Virus record (IMG/VR): IMGVR_UViG_3300031521_000039
Location: 21,198-85,197 of that record
Reading direction: 5' to 3' (one strand)
From: a virus
DNA length: 64,000 bases
A program made the translations under genes and the position numbers. This document shows, piece by piece, positions 10,701 to 19,864 of this stretch. Positions within the stretch are counted from its first letter, which is position 1. Each line of letters opens with the position of its first letter. Below the pieces are notes generated by a model. It was not told the DNA's origin. It was given only the letters and a program-made list of their open reading frames with translations, and made no database searches.

Positions 10701-11218
10701 TAAGAACTGGAGAAACAAAGAATATTAATTGTCTATTTAATCAAAAAGTTATTATAAATGCGAGTACTATAGCTACTCCAAATTATGGTACACTAAATAC
10801 TGGAATATTACCAACTAGTATTTATAGTACAACATATAATCCATCTATATCTATAGTTGATGGTGATATACATAGTGATGTGTTGAGAGACTTAACATTA
10901 ACTGTAAAAAATATGGCTGGATTAACAGCAACCTTGGTAAATATTTATAAGATTCGTGGATTTATGAGAAAAACAATAACATTGACATATCCAATATTAA
11001 CTGCGACTGTACCAACAATTGTTGATATGAATAGTTTGGTTGTTTCAGGAACTATAAATTCAGTTCCACCTTACAATATATGTACACAAATGGTAGCAAC
11101 ACCTACAGTAGTATCTGATTATAATATTACTGATACAACATTAACTATACCAAGTGCTACATATATGTTCAATTATAATAATTCAAATAATATAACTGTA
11201 TTAATAGAAGAGTTGTAA
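7751..11218 (+). CDS. Large fibre/adhesin-like virion protein
   Basis: HGL beta domain, fibre-repeat-like SATIASSKAVYTL, Ig-like S/T-rich C-terminal domains. Confidence 0.55.
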   Translation: MMSDNKIIALIQGLSEQVSAQFNGVGIKSMIFVDPNIFRFTLNDASSTVSDVVVADFNNFTNKEKAIVNKLLGLYSANKKDTYIGGDLQLYPVQGFNQTNNNKSFTILSSNFTKVSEDEYYIDVIHGLNDLNCIPTIVNNNNEGCTEGWKYEDADTIRITSTSPFQGRCVVNYSSSNGQRLDNISCVKSSYIFESNIERDDYFSANMNFLQNGLVVIVNDGTTKTLYTWEGIDSPQGLYLPSSWSDSTALIKGEKGIGLKPKHKFENNKLYFENSDGTFDEGLVLYGNIDKSNFTEFLKDFEGNNLDDLTLYLDTHKEFLNGIFIGDEKSEGSFKIVTNNSKLEYQRLENGIWKTIGIIGSYTTDVINLDSAYSTVNFKTPTRDLNLARITTDGNSIQVGDVRLDRLILSGKEVYSQKIESTNTSHNYIVNNDTSITQSVTDWEFTINIPSQNNYSYYALYAVDTDNTTTGYYKYTITDVLTGNLVYYSGSPFELKQGLTYKFTTTGLHTETLPKLVHLTCGRQYKITFTAQNSIGFKGGLIGGQFKPYCVLKYYFAEEDKLLSKGDVTDSVSSNNSATIASSKAVYTLSQAINSISGGMSPIIPISCEDFSALEKGINGTHYILTNDGAINGETVHKFDNIFMVNTFDSRAIITTDYVLIPVNSNSKGNIFITNIEPVNGGKSVIKTMNNYPNEDSLLSAMSDDNSYKVTIEWDRGEEYCGQPTVNGKDVIGITNKAGGTFTGYIILNSTDIISNKITSTLNLNIYTIAFSIITPPSISSITFGSLPNSQTELKVGDTMNVTVVADKPFDTIEFQDIGAFQYQTINVTSNTTVTVNGVIANRGITLQNLKASIRVKSTEGSWSGITESIDTLPLNNIKPSIALVSKTFSSGFSALKNSETCIVQVSSIDCDTLISSAIGTELNVETMSGNSCTVTRLSGDYNDLIANLKITGTRINNGATNYLDICVEIANVLPSLATSITKIRTGETKNINCLFNQKVIINASTIATPNYGTLNTGILPTSIYSTTYNPSISIVDGDIHSDVLRDLTLTVKNMAGLTATLVNIYKIRGFMRKTITLTYPILTATVPTIVDMNSLVVSGTINSVPPYNICTQMVATPTVVSDYNITDTTLTIPSATYMFNYNNSNNITVLIEEL

Positions 11219-11271
11219 AATACTCTTCTATTTCTTATGAAATAAATTAATAAAGAAAGGAATGAGATTTT

Positions 11272-13260
11272 ATGGCTGAAACAATAGAAGGGTTAAAACA
11301 GTGGTTGGATATAAATTATCCTAAAAAATTACCATTTGAAACAGTTGAGACAACAGGACTTCCAACAGATTCACCAATGTTTCCTGCATTAATTAGATAT
11401 TCTACAGAAGATGAACAAGTTTATTCTTGGTCTATAGATAAAGGAATAGGTAGTTGGAAAATTGGAATGGGTGGTTCTGGTAGTGGAATTAAATATGAAC
11501 TAAAAAGTAGTAATTTTATAATATCTAAGGGAACAGGATATCTTTGTGATTTAAGTTCAATATCTACTCAAATGACAGCCTCTTTTTTATCTAGCGATAC
11601 TTTTGAAATAGGAGACTTTTTTGAAATTTTTGTTGTAAAAGGAGATAGCAAATCTAAAAATATTGTAGTAGATTTTGTTAGTGGTGGTCACAATTTAGAA
11701 AGTGTTTCTGAAAATTTTACAATGGATTATAATAGTTTATTTAGATTTATCTATATAGATTCTACAATAGGATGGAAAGTAATCCCTATATCATTAATTG
11801 GAACACAAACTAATGGAGAAGAGATAGTATCAAAATCAGCTAACTTTACAATTGAAAACAATACAACTTATTTAGTTGATACTACTTTTAATATAATTAC
11901 TGCAACTGTACCTACTAATATAACATATCCATTTAAATTTAGAATTATTGATTTAAAAAATACAACTAATGTCCGTAATATAAATGTAAATTTTATAACA
12001 AATGGAAATAAGTTTAGAGGAAATTTAGTTAATGATATTATACATTTTAATGGAACAATGTGTGAATATATAGCGGTTGAATCAACGTATGGATTTACCA
12101 AAAATGAATTGAGAAGCAATGACGTTTGTATATATGCTTTGAATAAATATTATAGTAAAGGTGATAGATGTTATTGGTGTGGATTTTTAGCCGAAGCAAA
12201 TGATAATATAGCTACATCTACTGGTTTTAAATGGGGAACAACTGGTGCAACATGGAAGCCTATAGATGTAAACGGAAATTGGAAAGGTATGTATAATGTT
12301 TCTAATTCTTATTTAACCAGTGATTTAGTGGTAACATATGATAGTTCTAATACAATATACACTTTTGTAGGAAGTGCAAGTGCTGGAGATACTTCATATA
12401 ATCCCAATACTGGTGTCAATAAGGATAGATGGAGACCAATAAACTTTAATGGTTCTGATTGGTTTGAAGGAGCTACTGATATTGTAAATGGTAGACAAGG
12501 TGTTATTCCTCCTCCACAAAAAGGAGATAATAAAAAAGTATTATGGGGTGATGCAAATTGGGCATCGCCTTATATAATTGGTGAAGTAAAAACATTGGCA
12601 ATTTCAACAGTACCTAGTGGTTGGTTATTATGTGATGGTTCGGCAATATCAAGAACAACATATTCAGATTTATTTAGTGCAATTAGTACAATATACGGGA
12701 TCGGAGATAATAGTACAACGTTTAATTTGCCTAACTTTAATGGTAGAACTCCAATAGGAACAGGACAATTAACATTTAATACATCATTTAATTATACAGA
12801 TATAAATATTTCAACTGATATAATTACAGTATTACCAAATAACACTCTTTATACAGGTACACCAGTAACAATAACTACAAGTGGAACTATTCCTGCTGGA
12901 TTAGTATTAGCTACGACATACTACGTAATAAAATTAAATTCTACCACTATTAAACTTGCTACAACTTTGACTAATGCTTTAGGTAGTACTGCTATAAATA
13001 TTACAACACAAGGAACAGGAGTACATACGTTAACTTATATTGGTGCAAATAGAACTTTAGGAAACATAGGAGGAGAAGAGAACCATTCAATTACATATGA
13101 GGAAATACAACATGCACATAATTATGGTGGAGGTTCTGTCGGAAACTTTAATAATAACTATTGGGCTTCAAATAGTGTAACCGATATGAGGAATTTAAGT
13201 GGTATTGCTGGAAACAATATGCAACCGTATTTGGTATTAAATATGATTATAAAATATTAA
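11272..13260 (+). CDS. Tail fibre protein with phage tail-collar domain
   Basis: IGEVK...PSGWLLCDGSAISRTTYSDLF...TTFNLPNFNGR; C-terminal NMQPYLVLNMIIKY. Confidence 0.85.
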   Translation: MAETIEGLKQWLDINYPKKLPFETVETTGLPTDSPMFPALIRYSTEDEQVYSWSIDKGIGSWKIGMGGSGSGIKYELKSSNFIISKGTGYLCDLSSISTQMTASFLSSDTFEIGDFFEIFVVKGDSKSKNIVVDFVSGGHNLESVSENFTMDYNSLFRFIYIDSTIGWKVIPISLIGTQTNGEEIVSKSANFTIENNTTYLVDTTFNIITATVPTNITYPFKFRIIDLKNTTNVRNINVNFITNGNKFRGNLVNDIIHFNGTMCEYIAVESTYGFTKNELRSNDVCIYALNKYYSKGDRCYWCGFLAEANDNIATSTGFKWGTTGATWKPIDVNGNWKGMYNVSNSYLTSDLVVTYDSSNTIYTFVGSASAGDTSYNPNTGVNKDRWRPINFNGSDWFEGATDIVNGRQGVIPPPQKGDNKKVLWGDANWASPYIIGEVKTLAISTVPSGWLLCDGSAISRTTYSDLFSAISTIYGIGDNSTTFNLPNFNGRTPIGTGQLTFNTSFNYTDINISTDIITVLPNNTLYTGTPVTITTSGTIPAGLVLATTYYVIKLNSTTIKLATTLTNALGSTAINITTQGTGVHTLTYIGANRTLGNIGGEENHSITYEEIQHAHNYGGGSVGNFNNNYWASNSVTDMRNLSGIAGNNMQPYLVLNMIIKY

Positions 13261-13281
13261 ACATAGGAGGATATATAAGGA

Positions 13282-13479
13282 ATGACAGACCATAGCGTAT
13301 CAAAATTTGATAAAGAATATTCTACTCAATGGAATAAAGAAAAAGAATATTTAGAACAAAAAGGTGTTAAATACACATTCGTTAAAGAAATAAATAAAAT
13401 ATCAACTTATAAGTATAAAAAGAACTCAAAGTTATTTAAAGCTTTGGGTTCTTTTTATATGGAATTAGAAACTAAATAA
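13282..13479 (+). CDS. Small phage protein (DUF5659-like)
   Basis: FDKEYSTQW..EKEYL..KGVKYTFVK..TYKYKK..LFKAL. Confidence 0.5.
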   Translation: MTDHSVSKFDKEYSTQWNKEKEYLEQKGVKYTFVKEINKISTYKYKKNSKLFKALGSFYMELETK

Positions 13480-13513
13480 TAAATTAATAAAGGATTGAAA
13501 GGAAAGTGATTGT

Positions 13514-14938
13514 ATGAGACAAGTATTTATAGATAAACTACCTAAGAAAAAGAATAGTTTTAATTGGGAAAAATCCATTGGTTATATTGTAAATTTCGTA
13601 TATGATAATATTAATGGAAAATTAGAAATAGTTAATTATCAAAAAGGGTATTTATTTGTGCGTTATAATAAAATAACAACTAAAATTTTCACAGGTTCTT
13701 TTACAAATGGAAGAATAGGATGTATTATAGGTAAAAAGACAAAAGATTTTAAAATAGATGTTGGACAAGCTATAAAAGATGAAAAAAGAAACATTATAAT
13801 TACCAATAGAGAATATAGAAAAGATAATAAAGAGAAACAATGGAAATGGTATAAATACACATGTAATGTGTGTGGTTGGACTGAAGGTTGGACAGAAGAA
13901 TTAGCTTTGTTAAAAGAGCACAATTGTGCATGTTGTACTAATAAAAAGGTGGTTCAAGGAATAAATGATATTACAACTACTAATCCAGAAATGATTTGCT
14001 ATTTTCAAGGAGGATATGATGAAGCTAAGTTATATACTTATGGAAGTAATGAAGAAATATATCCTATTTGTCCAAACTGTGGTAGAATAAAAGACAAAAA
14101 AATGAAAATATACACAATATATAAACAACATTCAATAGGATGTACTTGTTCTGACGGTCATTCATATCCTGAAAAATTTATATGCTCTTTATTGGAACAA
14201 ATTAATATAAATTTCATATATCAAGCAACAAGATTAGATTTATCTTGGTGTAATAATTATAGATATGATTTTTATTTTGAATGGAATAATGAGTCGTATA
14301 TTATAGAAACACATCAGCTTCAGCATTATAAGGATAAAACACGAGATAGTAGAAGAACTTTTAATGATGAACAAAATATAGATAATCAAAAAAAAGAATT
14401 GGCTTTAAAAAATAATATTAATCATTATATAATTTTAGATTGTAGAAAATCAGAATTGGAATGGATTAAAAATAGTGTTATGGATAGTAAGTTGCCTAAT
14501 TTATTATATTTTAAAGAATATAGTATAGATTGGTTAAAATGCAATGAATTTGCTTGTAGTAATTTAGTAAAAGCTGTTTGTAATTATAAAAAGAGTAATC
14601 CGGAGATTATGCCCTCCAAAATAGCAAAGATTTTTAAAATAGCACATAATAGTACAATTAATTACTTAAAACAAGGTGTTGAATTAGGTTGGTGCTATTA
14701 TAATCCAAAAGAAAGTAGAATAAAATCAACCAAAAAGAATGGTCGAAAAAATGGAAAGGAAGTTGAAATATTTAAAGATGGAATTCCTTTAGGAAAATTT
14801 CCTAGTTGTGCTGAATTATCAAGACAATCTGAAAAACTATTTGGAGTTAAATTGATAGCAAATAGTATATCGTCAGTTTGTCAAGGGAAACAAAAAATGT
14901 ATAAAGACTTTATGTTTAAGTACATTATAAAATACTAA
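13514..14938 (+). CDS. Zinc-ribbon, PD-(D/E)xK-type homing endonuclease with NUMOD1-like C-terminus
   Basis: Several CxxC; SYPEKF, RYDFY, IIETH; FPSCAELSR...ISSVCQGK. Confidence 0.75.
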   Translation: MRQVFIDKLPKKKNSFNWEKSIGYIVNFVYDNINGKLEIVNYQKGYLFVRYNKITTKIFTGSFTNGRIGCIIGKKTKDFKIDVGQAIKDEKRNIIITNREYRKDNKEKQWKWYKYTCNVCGWTEGWTEELALLKEHNCACCTNKKVVQGINDITTTNPEMICYFQGGYDEAKLYTYGSNEEIYPICPNCGRIKDKKMKIYTIYKQHSIGCTCSDGHSYPEKFICSLLEQININFIYQATRLDLSWCNNYRYDFYFEWNNESYIIETHQLQHYKDKTRDSRRTFNDEQNIDNQKKELALKNNINHYIILDCRKSELEWIKNSVMDSKLPNLLYFKEYSIDWLKCNEFACSNLVKAVCNYKKSNPEIMPSKIAKIFKIAHNSTINYLKQGVELGWCYYNPKESRIKSTKKNGRKNGKEVEIFKDGIPLGKFPSCAELSRQSEKLFGVKLIANSISSVCQGKQKMYKDFMFKYIIKY

Positions 14939-14957
14939 AAGAAAGGGAGGTAATAAT

Positions 14958-16043
14958 ATGACAGACATTTTTGCTTCAAGCTACATAAAAAAATTAACCA
15001 AACATATTGTAAAAAATAATTCAGCCGTTTTTGAAAACAGAGATGGTCTACAATTTACAGGAAATGTAACTATTAGTGATGATAGCGGAAATAATAATAC
15101 AGTAGTAAATATTCCTACAACAGATCTTAGTGGATATATACCAAATACAAGAAAAATTAATAATAAAGGTTTAAGTGCAGATATCTCTTTGACTGGTTCG
15201 GATATAGGACTCAGTAACATAACTAATGATGCACAAGTTAAAAAAATAACTTCAAGTGTGGATAATAACTTAGTTTCATGGAACGGAATTAATGGAGATA
15301 CTCCAAAAGATAGTGGGATATTAGCAACTAATGTAGTTACTAAAGATGATATCCAAACGCTAACTCAAAAAACATTAACAAGTCCTATAATAAGTACAAT
15401 AATTAATACTGGAACTATAACAATTCCTACAACTACAGGGACTCTTGCATTAAATTCAAACCCTGCAAATATAAACCCATCAGCTACCAATACTTATACA
15501 TTAGGGACATCTGCTTTATGTTGGAAAGAAGAATATATAAATAGTATTTATTCAGCTAGTGGTACACCTTTGAAATTAGGAGTCAACGGTACAACTTATG
15601 CTAGTGTTAATACAACAGGTTTGACAGTTACAACTAGTGGTTATGGAAATGCTTTAATTGATACTTCTAATATTCCAACTGGAACAACTAGAACATTAAA
15701 AGTGCCTAATAAAGATGGGGCTATTGCATTAGGAACTATATACAAAGGAACTGTAACTATTGGTGATGTAGGTGGGACAAGTGGAAGTTTACCTGTATCT
15801 GGTGATATAATATCTGCAACGGCTACGAATAGTTCAGGAATAGACATAGCTATAAGTCATCCTTCTTTATCTGCTAATGCAATATATAATATTACTATTG
15901 AAAATCTTGGAAGCGAAGTATTAGCTAATGATATAACTCAAACAGTATTTACAAGAATATCTACTAGCCAAATAAGAGTATTTTTTGAGGAAACATCTAC
16001 ATCTTCACAAAACGTAAAATTAAATATTATGATATTTGATTAA
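14958..16043 (+). CDS. Fibre-like virion protein
   Basis: TRKINNKGLSADISL, IGLSNITNDAQVK and QTLTQKTLTSP fibre repeats. Confidence 0.7.
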   Translation: MTDIFASSYIKKLTKHIVKNNSAVFENRDGLQFTGNVTISDDSGNNNTVVNIPTTDLSGYIPNTRKINNKGLSADISLTGSDIGLSNITNDAQVKKITSSVDNNLVSWNGINGDTPKDSGILATNVVTKDDIQTLTQKTLTSPIISTIINTGTITIPTTTGTLALNSNPANINPSATNTYTLGTSALCWKEEYINSIYSASGTPLKLGVNGTTYASVNTTGLTVTTSGYGNALIDTSNIPTGTTRTLKVPNKDGAIALGTIYKGTVTIGDVGGTSGSLPVSGDIISATATNSSGIDIAISHPSLSANAIYNITIENLGSEVLANDITQTVFTRISTSQIRVFFEETSTSSQNVKLNIMIFD

Positions 16044-16164
16044 TAATAAATTAAAAGAAATAATAACACGTTAAAATAGCAATTTAAAAAGGACTTGGAT
16101 AAAAAATATATAAAAAAGTAGGTGATGACTTATTGAAAATAGTGAACTTCTAAAAAAAGTAGAA

Positions 16165-16599
16165 GTGATAAATCCAGAATTATTGTCTAAATTAACATTA
16201 GATTCAAATGGACAAATATTAATAGAAGGCAAAAAAATAAATGATAATCAGACATACTACAATGTAGCAGGTCTAGGTGGAGTTATACAATATACTTTTG
16301 GATATATAAGTAACGCTAATACTATAATGACTGCAAGCTCAAATAATATAACCCATTGTGGAAAAGTTGTTGGTATTATATTAGAGAATAAGAATGAGGG
16401 AGAAAAAGTAGAAATTATAACTGGAGGGGAGGTGGTGAATCCAAATTGGAGCTTGATTTCAGGAAATTCATATTATATTGGATTGGGAGGTGATGCAACA
16501 AATATAGCACCAACAATTGGTTTTGTTCAAAAAATTGGTATAGCTAAAAACTCAAATACTTTAGTTATAAGATTAGAACAACCTATAAAGTTAATGTAA
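16165..16599 (+). CDS. Capsid cement/decoration-like protein (DUF2190-like); start uncertain
   Basis: VVGI...GEKVEIITGG...L..G..YY.G..G...P..G.VQKIG.A pattern. Confidence 0.5.
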   Translation: MINPELLSKLTLDSNGQILIEGKKINDNQTYYNVAGLGGVIQYTFGYISNANTIMTASSNNITHCGKVVGIILENKNEGEKVEIITGGEVVNPNWSLISGNSYYIGLGGDATNIAPTIGFVQKIGIAKNSNTLVIRLEQPIKLM

Positions 16600-16643
16600 A
16601 TTAATAAATAAATTAAAATAACAAAAGAAAGAAGGTTTTAATA

Positions 16644-17150
16644 ATGTCAGATAAAATTTTATTAAATGTAAATGGAGAAATAGTAAGTAAATCAGTATTA
16701 ACAGTTAGTGGTGGCAGTAGTGATGCAGGAAAAACAATTGGAACTGATTTAAATGGAAAAATAGATATGAGCCTTATGCCTTCAGGGATAGGGGCAGATA
16801 CAACAACTTTACTAGCAAGTGAGTCATTAAATATTGGTGATTTCGTTAACATTTGGGATGATGCTGGAACAATAAAAGTTAGAAAAGCAGATAATTCTGA
16901 TTCTACAAAAGTTGCAAATGGATTTGTAAAAGTTGCAGTTGCCAGTGGTTCAAATGCCGTTATTTATACAGAAGGCGATAATGATACCTTAACTGGATTA
17001 GCAGTTGGAACAAGATATTTCTTAGGAGTAACTGGGAGTTATACTTCAACAGTTCCTACAATTTTGGGAAGCATTATACAATCTCTTGGAACAGTTAAAA
17101 ATCCAACAACAATTAGATTTGAACAAAAAGATCCTATAAAGAACGCTTAA
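16644..17150 (+). CDS. Capsid cement/decoration-like protein, paralogue of previous gene
   Basis: ASESLNIGDFVNI...RKADN...ANGFV...GLAVGTRYFL...P...IQSLG. Confidence 0.55.
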   Translation: MSDKILLNVNGEIVSKSVLTVSGGSSDAGKTIGTDLNGKIDMSLMPSGIGADTTTLLASESLNIGDFVNIWDDAGTIKVRKADNSDSTKVANGFVKVAVASGSNAVIYTEGDNDTLTGLAVGTRYFLGVTGSYTSTVPTILGSIIQSLGTVKNPTTIRFEQKDPIKNA

Positions 17151-17166
17151 TTAGTAGGTGGTTTAA

Positions 17167-17544
17167 TTGTTAAAACTAGCTACTAATGGAGAAATATTAA
17201 ATGTAAAAGATACAAAAACGCTTGCTATTTTTATCAAGGGAGTAGTGCAATTAGGAACAATTTATATGGGGATAATGCCCAATAATATGAAATTATCTTC
17301 TGTAACAATAAAAACAGATACTTCCCCAGTAGGAAGTCCTATTTTATTAGATGTTTTAAAAAATGGCACTTCTGTTATTATGTCAAATATTAAATTAGAA
17401 TCGGCTTCAACTTTTCTTCACTTGGACTTAACTCCAATTTTAGCATTTAACAAAGATGACATAATTGAAATAAAAGTTAATAGTGTAGGAACGTCTCAAA
17501 TAGGTTCTAATTTACTTATAAATTTTGAATTTAACATTATATGA
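17167..17544 (+). CDS. Hypothetical beta-sandwich virion protein
   Basis: P.GS.ILLDVLKNGTSV...DDIIEIKVNSVG pattern seen at fibre C-termini. Confidence 0.5.
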   Translation: MLKLATNGEILNVKDTKTLAIFIKGVVQLGTIYMGIMPNNMKLSSVTIKTDTSPVGSPILLDVLKNGTSVIMSNIKLESASTFLHLDLTPILAFNKDDIIEIKVNSVGTSQIGSNLLINFEFNII

Positions 17545-17553
17545 TGGAAAGGA

Positions 17554-17802
17554 ATGATGATTATGAACAAATTACAATTATGTGTTCAAGCAGTAACAAA
17601 AGTTTATGGAAATGAGGAAATTTCTTTTGAAGAAGCACAAGCGTTATACAATTATTTTTGTTCGGGTTTATGCTTTATAAATTTAGAAAATGCAAAAATA
17701 GATGAAAACATGAATTCTGATGAATTAAAACACCAAATAGAGATTTTATTAAAAGATACACTTGTTCAATATTACAAGTGTATGGAAGGTTTAACTCTAT
17801 AA
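17554..17802 (+). CDS. Hypothetical protein
   Basis: Co-directional ORF with RBS. Confidence 0.45.
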   Translation: MMIMNKLQLCVQAVTKVYGNEEISFEEAQALYNYFCSGLCFINLENAKIDENMNSDELKHQIEILLKDTLVQYYKCMEGLTL

Positions 17803-17865
17803 AATAACACAAACAAAATAAACAAATAGATAAAAAATAATTTATGCGAAAGAAGGAATGTACAA

Positions 17866-18984
17866 ATGGCAACACCAATAGTAATAGATGGAAGAGCAAC
17901 TTATTTAAACTTAGGACAATTTATTTTTGACACTTTAGAAGCAAACGGATGGACAAAAGAAATGTCAGTTTTAACTGATGCAGTAATGAAGAAAAATTAT
18001 AATGGTTCAGATCACTTTGTATTTTTTACACCAATAACAGCAGATGGATATCAAACAACAGTTGGAAATGCAGAAGGATATACAAGAGGAAAAACTGGAG
18101 TAACTTGTGCCTATACAGAAACTACTACTGGAAGTCCAACAGTAGCGGAAGTCGGAACTATAACGGTTCAAAATTTCTGTACTACTGCGGGTAATTATAA
18201 TTTCAGATTTAAAGATGGAACAATTGATGTAACAATTCCAGTTCCAGTTTTAGTAACAGATAATACTACAAATTTAGTAGCAACAAAATTAAAAACTGCA
18301 ATTGATGCAAATACAACTTTTATGGCTAGTTATACAACAAGTATTTCAAATAATATTATTACTTTTACTAAGAAAGCAAATGGAATAACGCCGGTAGTTA
18401 TTTTATTTGATATTGGAATAACTGGAGTAGCTGGCGTATTTGTAAATAAAAATGCTAGAACATTAAGTTGGGGAAGTACAACAGTTGCTTCGGCTTCTTA
18501 TGTAAGTGTAAGAATATATTTATGGGATGACCATTTTGTAATTGGTGTTAATCCAGATACTGGTGTGGCAAATTCACAACCATTCTTATTATATTCTGGT
18601 TCTCCTAAATCCTATGGTGGAGTAAAACTTAATAACTGGGGAGATATGATAGGTGGAACTTGTTTAGAAGCCGTATCGGTATACCCAGTAAGAAATAGAA
18701 CAGGTGCTACTAATAGACCAACTTATCAAACACAAGGTTCTATAGCTCCAATAAATCCAGGGGAAGATGGACTAATGTACATATCTCCAATGTCAGTTGC
18801 AAATGCTACAGATGGTATTAGGGGTGATTTTCAAGACATATATGGACTACCTGCATCAGGGGTTCAACACTTAGATACTCTTACAAAAGGTGGAATCGTA
18901 CATGATATTTGGATTTCTGGAACTACTGGGTCTACTACATTTGCTGGAACAAAAGTAATTGCAGTATTCAATAGAACTGTATAA
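17866..18984 (+). CDS. Putative virion structural protein
   Basis: T/G-rich; VATKLKTAIDA domain; C-terminal GIRGDFQDIY. Confidence 0.55.
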   Translation: MATPIVIDGRATYLNLGQFIFDTLEANGWTKEMSVLTDAVMKKNYNGSDHFVFFTPITADGYQTTVGNAEGYTRGKTGVTCAYTETTTGSPTVAEVGTITVQNFCTTAGNYNFRFKDGTIDVTIPVPVLVTDNTTNLVATKLKTAIDANTTFMASYTTSISNNIITFTKKANGITPVVILFDIGITGVAGVFVNKNARTLSWGSTTVASASYVSVRIYLWDDHFVIGVNPDTGVANSQPFLLYSGSPKSYGGVKLNNWGDMIGGTCLEAVSVYPVRNRTGATNRPTYQTQGSIAPINPGEDGLMYISPMSVANATDGIRGDFQDIYGLPASGVQHLDTLTKGGIVHDIWISGTTGSTTFAGTKVIAVFNRTV

Positions 18985-19003
18985 TAAATTATAAAAAGGC
19001 GGT

Positions 19004-19762
19004 GTGAGCCTAATGAACTACGATAGTATTATACTTAATGCCTTTTCTACAACAAGAGAAAGGCAGATATTGGACAACTTATCAACTTCAATTAGGAGTT
19101 CAACCGATAAGCCTACAATATCATTAAATAATTTTGTATTTTCATCAAGAGATAAAATTTACAACTCTGTTTTAATTGACACAATAGATACTTATTCAAG
19201 AAATTATAAAATAATGGATGGAATAAACTCAAGTTTTAGGGATATACCGAATATCCCTTTTAGTACTGTAAATAACTTAATTGTTTCACTTAGAGACGAT
19301 GTAAAATCTAATAGTGTTGTGATGAATACATTTAAAACATCAAATAGAGATATAAACGAAAATAGTATATGTTTAAATGGATTTATTACTTCTAGAGAAG
19401 ATGCAGTTCTTGATAATATTAGTGTTTATGATAATTACATGTTAAATAATTCTTATATATCAGGATTAAACGTATCCTATAGAAATAATCCTAATAAATC
19501 ATTTACAACCCTTAATTCACAAACTATTTCTATTCTTGATACAGTTACACCAACTTATATAATGGATGGATTTTTTACTACATCAAGAGATTCTAATTAT
19601 AATGGCACAATAAATAATTATATTTTAGATTGTATGAGAATTGGAGTAAGTATAGATTCAATAGTAATAAGTGATAAATTAAAAGCCTCACATGAAGCAG
19701 TAGTATTGTATCAATCTATGATAGAAATACCACAAACATTAATAATAGCTTCATGGTATTAA
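19004..19762 (+). CDS. Repeat protein (about 15-aa S/T-R-D/E repeats), putative structural
   Basis: Repeated LN.F..S.R[DE] units. Confidence 0.55.
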   Translation: MSLMNYDSIILNAFSTTRERQILDNLSTSIRSSTDKPTISLNNFVFSSRDKIYNSVLIDTIDTYSRNYKIMDGINSSFRDIPNIPFSTVNNLIVSLRDDVKSNSVVMNTFKTSNRDINENSICLNGFITSREDAVLDNISVYDNYMLNNSYISGLNVSYRNNPNKSFTTLNSQTISILDTVTPTYIMDGFFTTSRDSNYNGTINNYILDCMRIGVSIDSIVISDKLKASHEAVVLYQSMIEIPQTLIIASWY

Positions 19763-19806
19763 GATTATTCTCATGGGTCTGATAATAGATTTCATGAGAA
19801 TAATCT
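19762..19806 (+). terminator. Long hairpin
   Basis: AGATTATTCTCATG...CATGAGAATAATCT. Confidence 0.45.
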
Positions 19807-19864
19807 ATTAAATAGAATATAAAAGTACTTATGACTTTTCAATATAAAGAAAGGAGTGATATGA

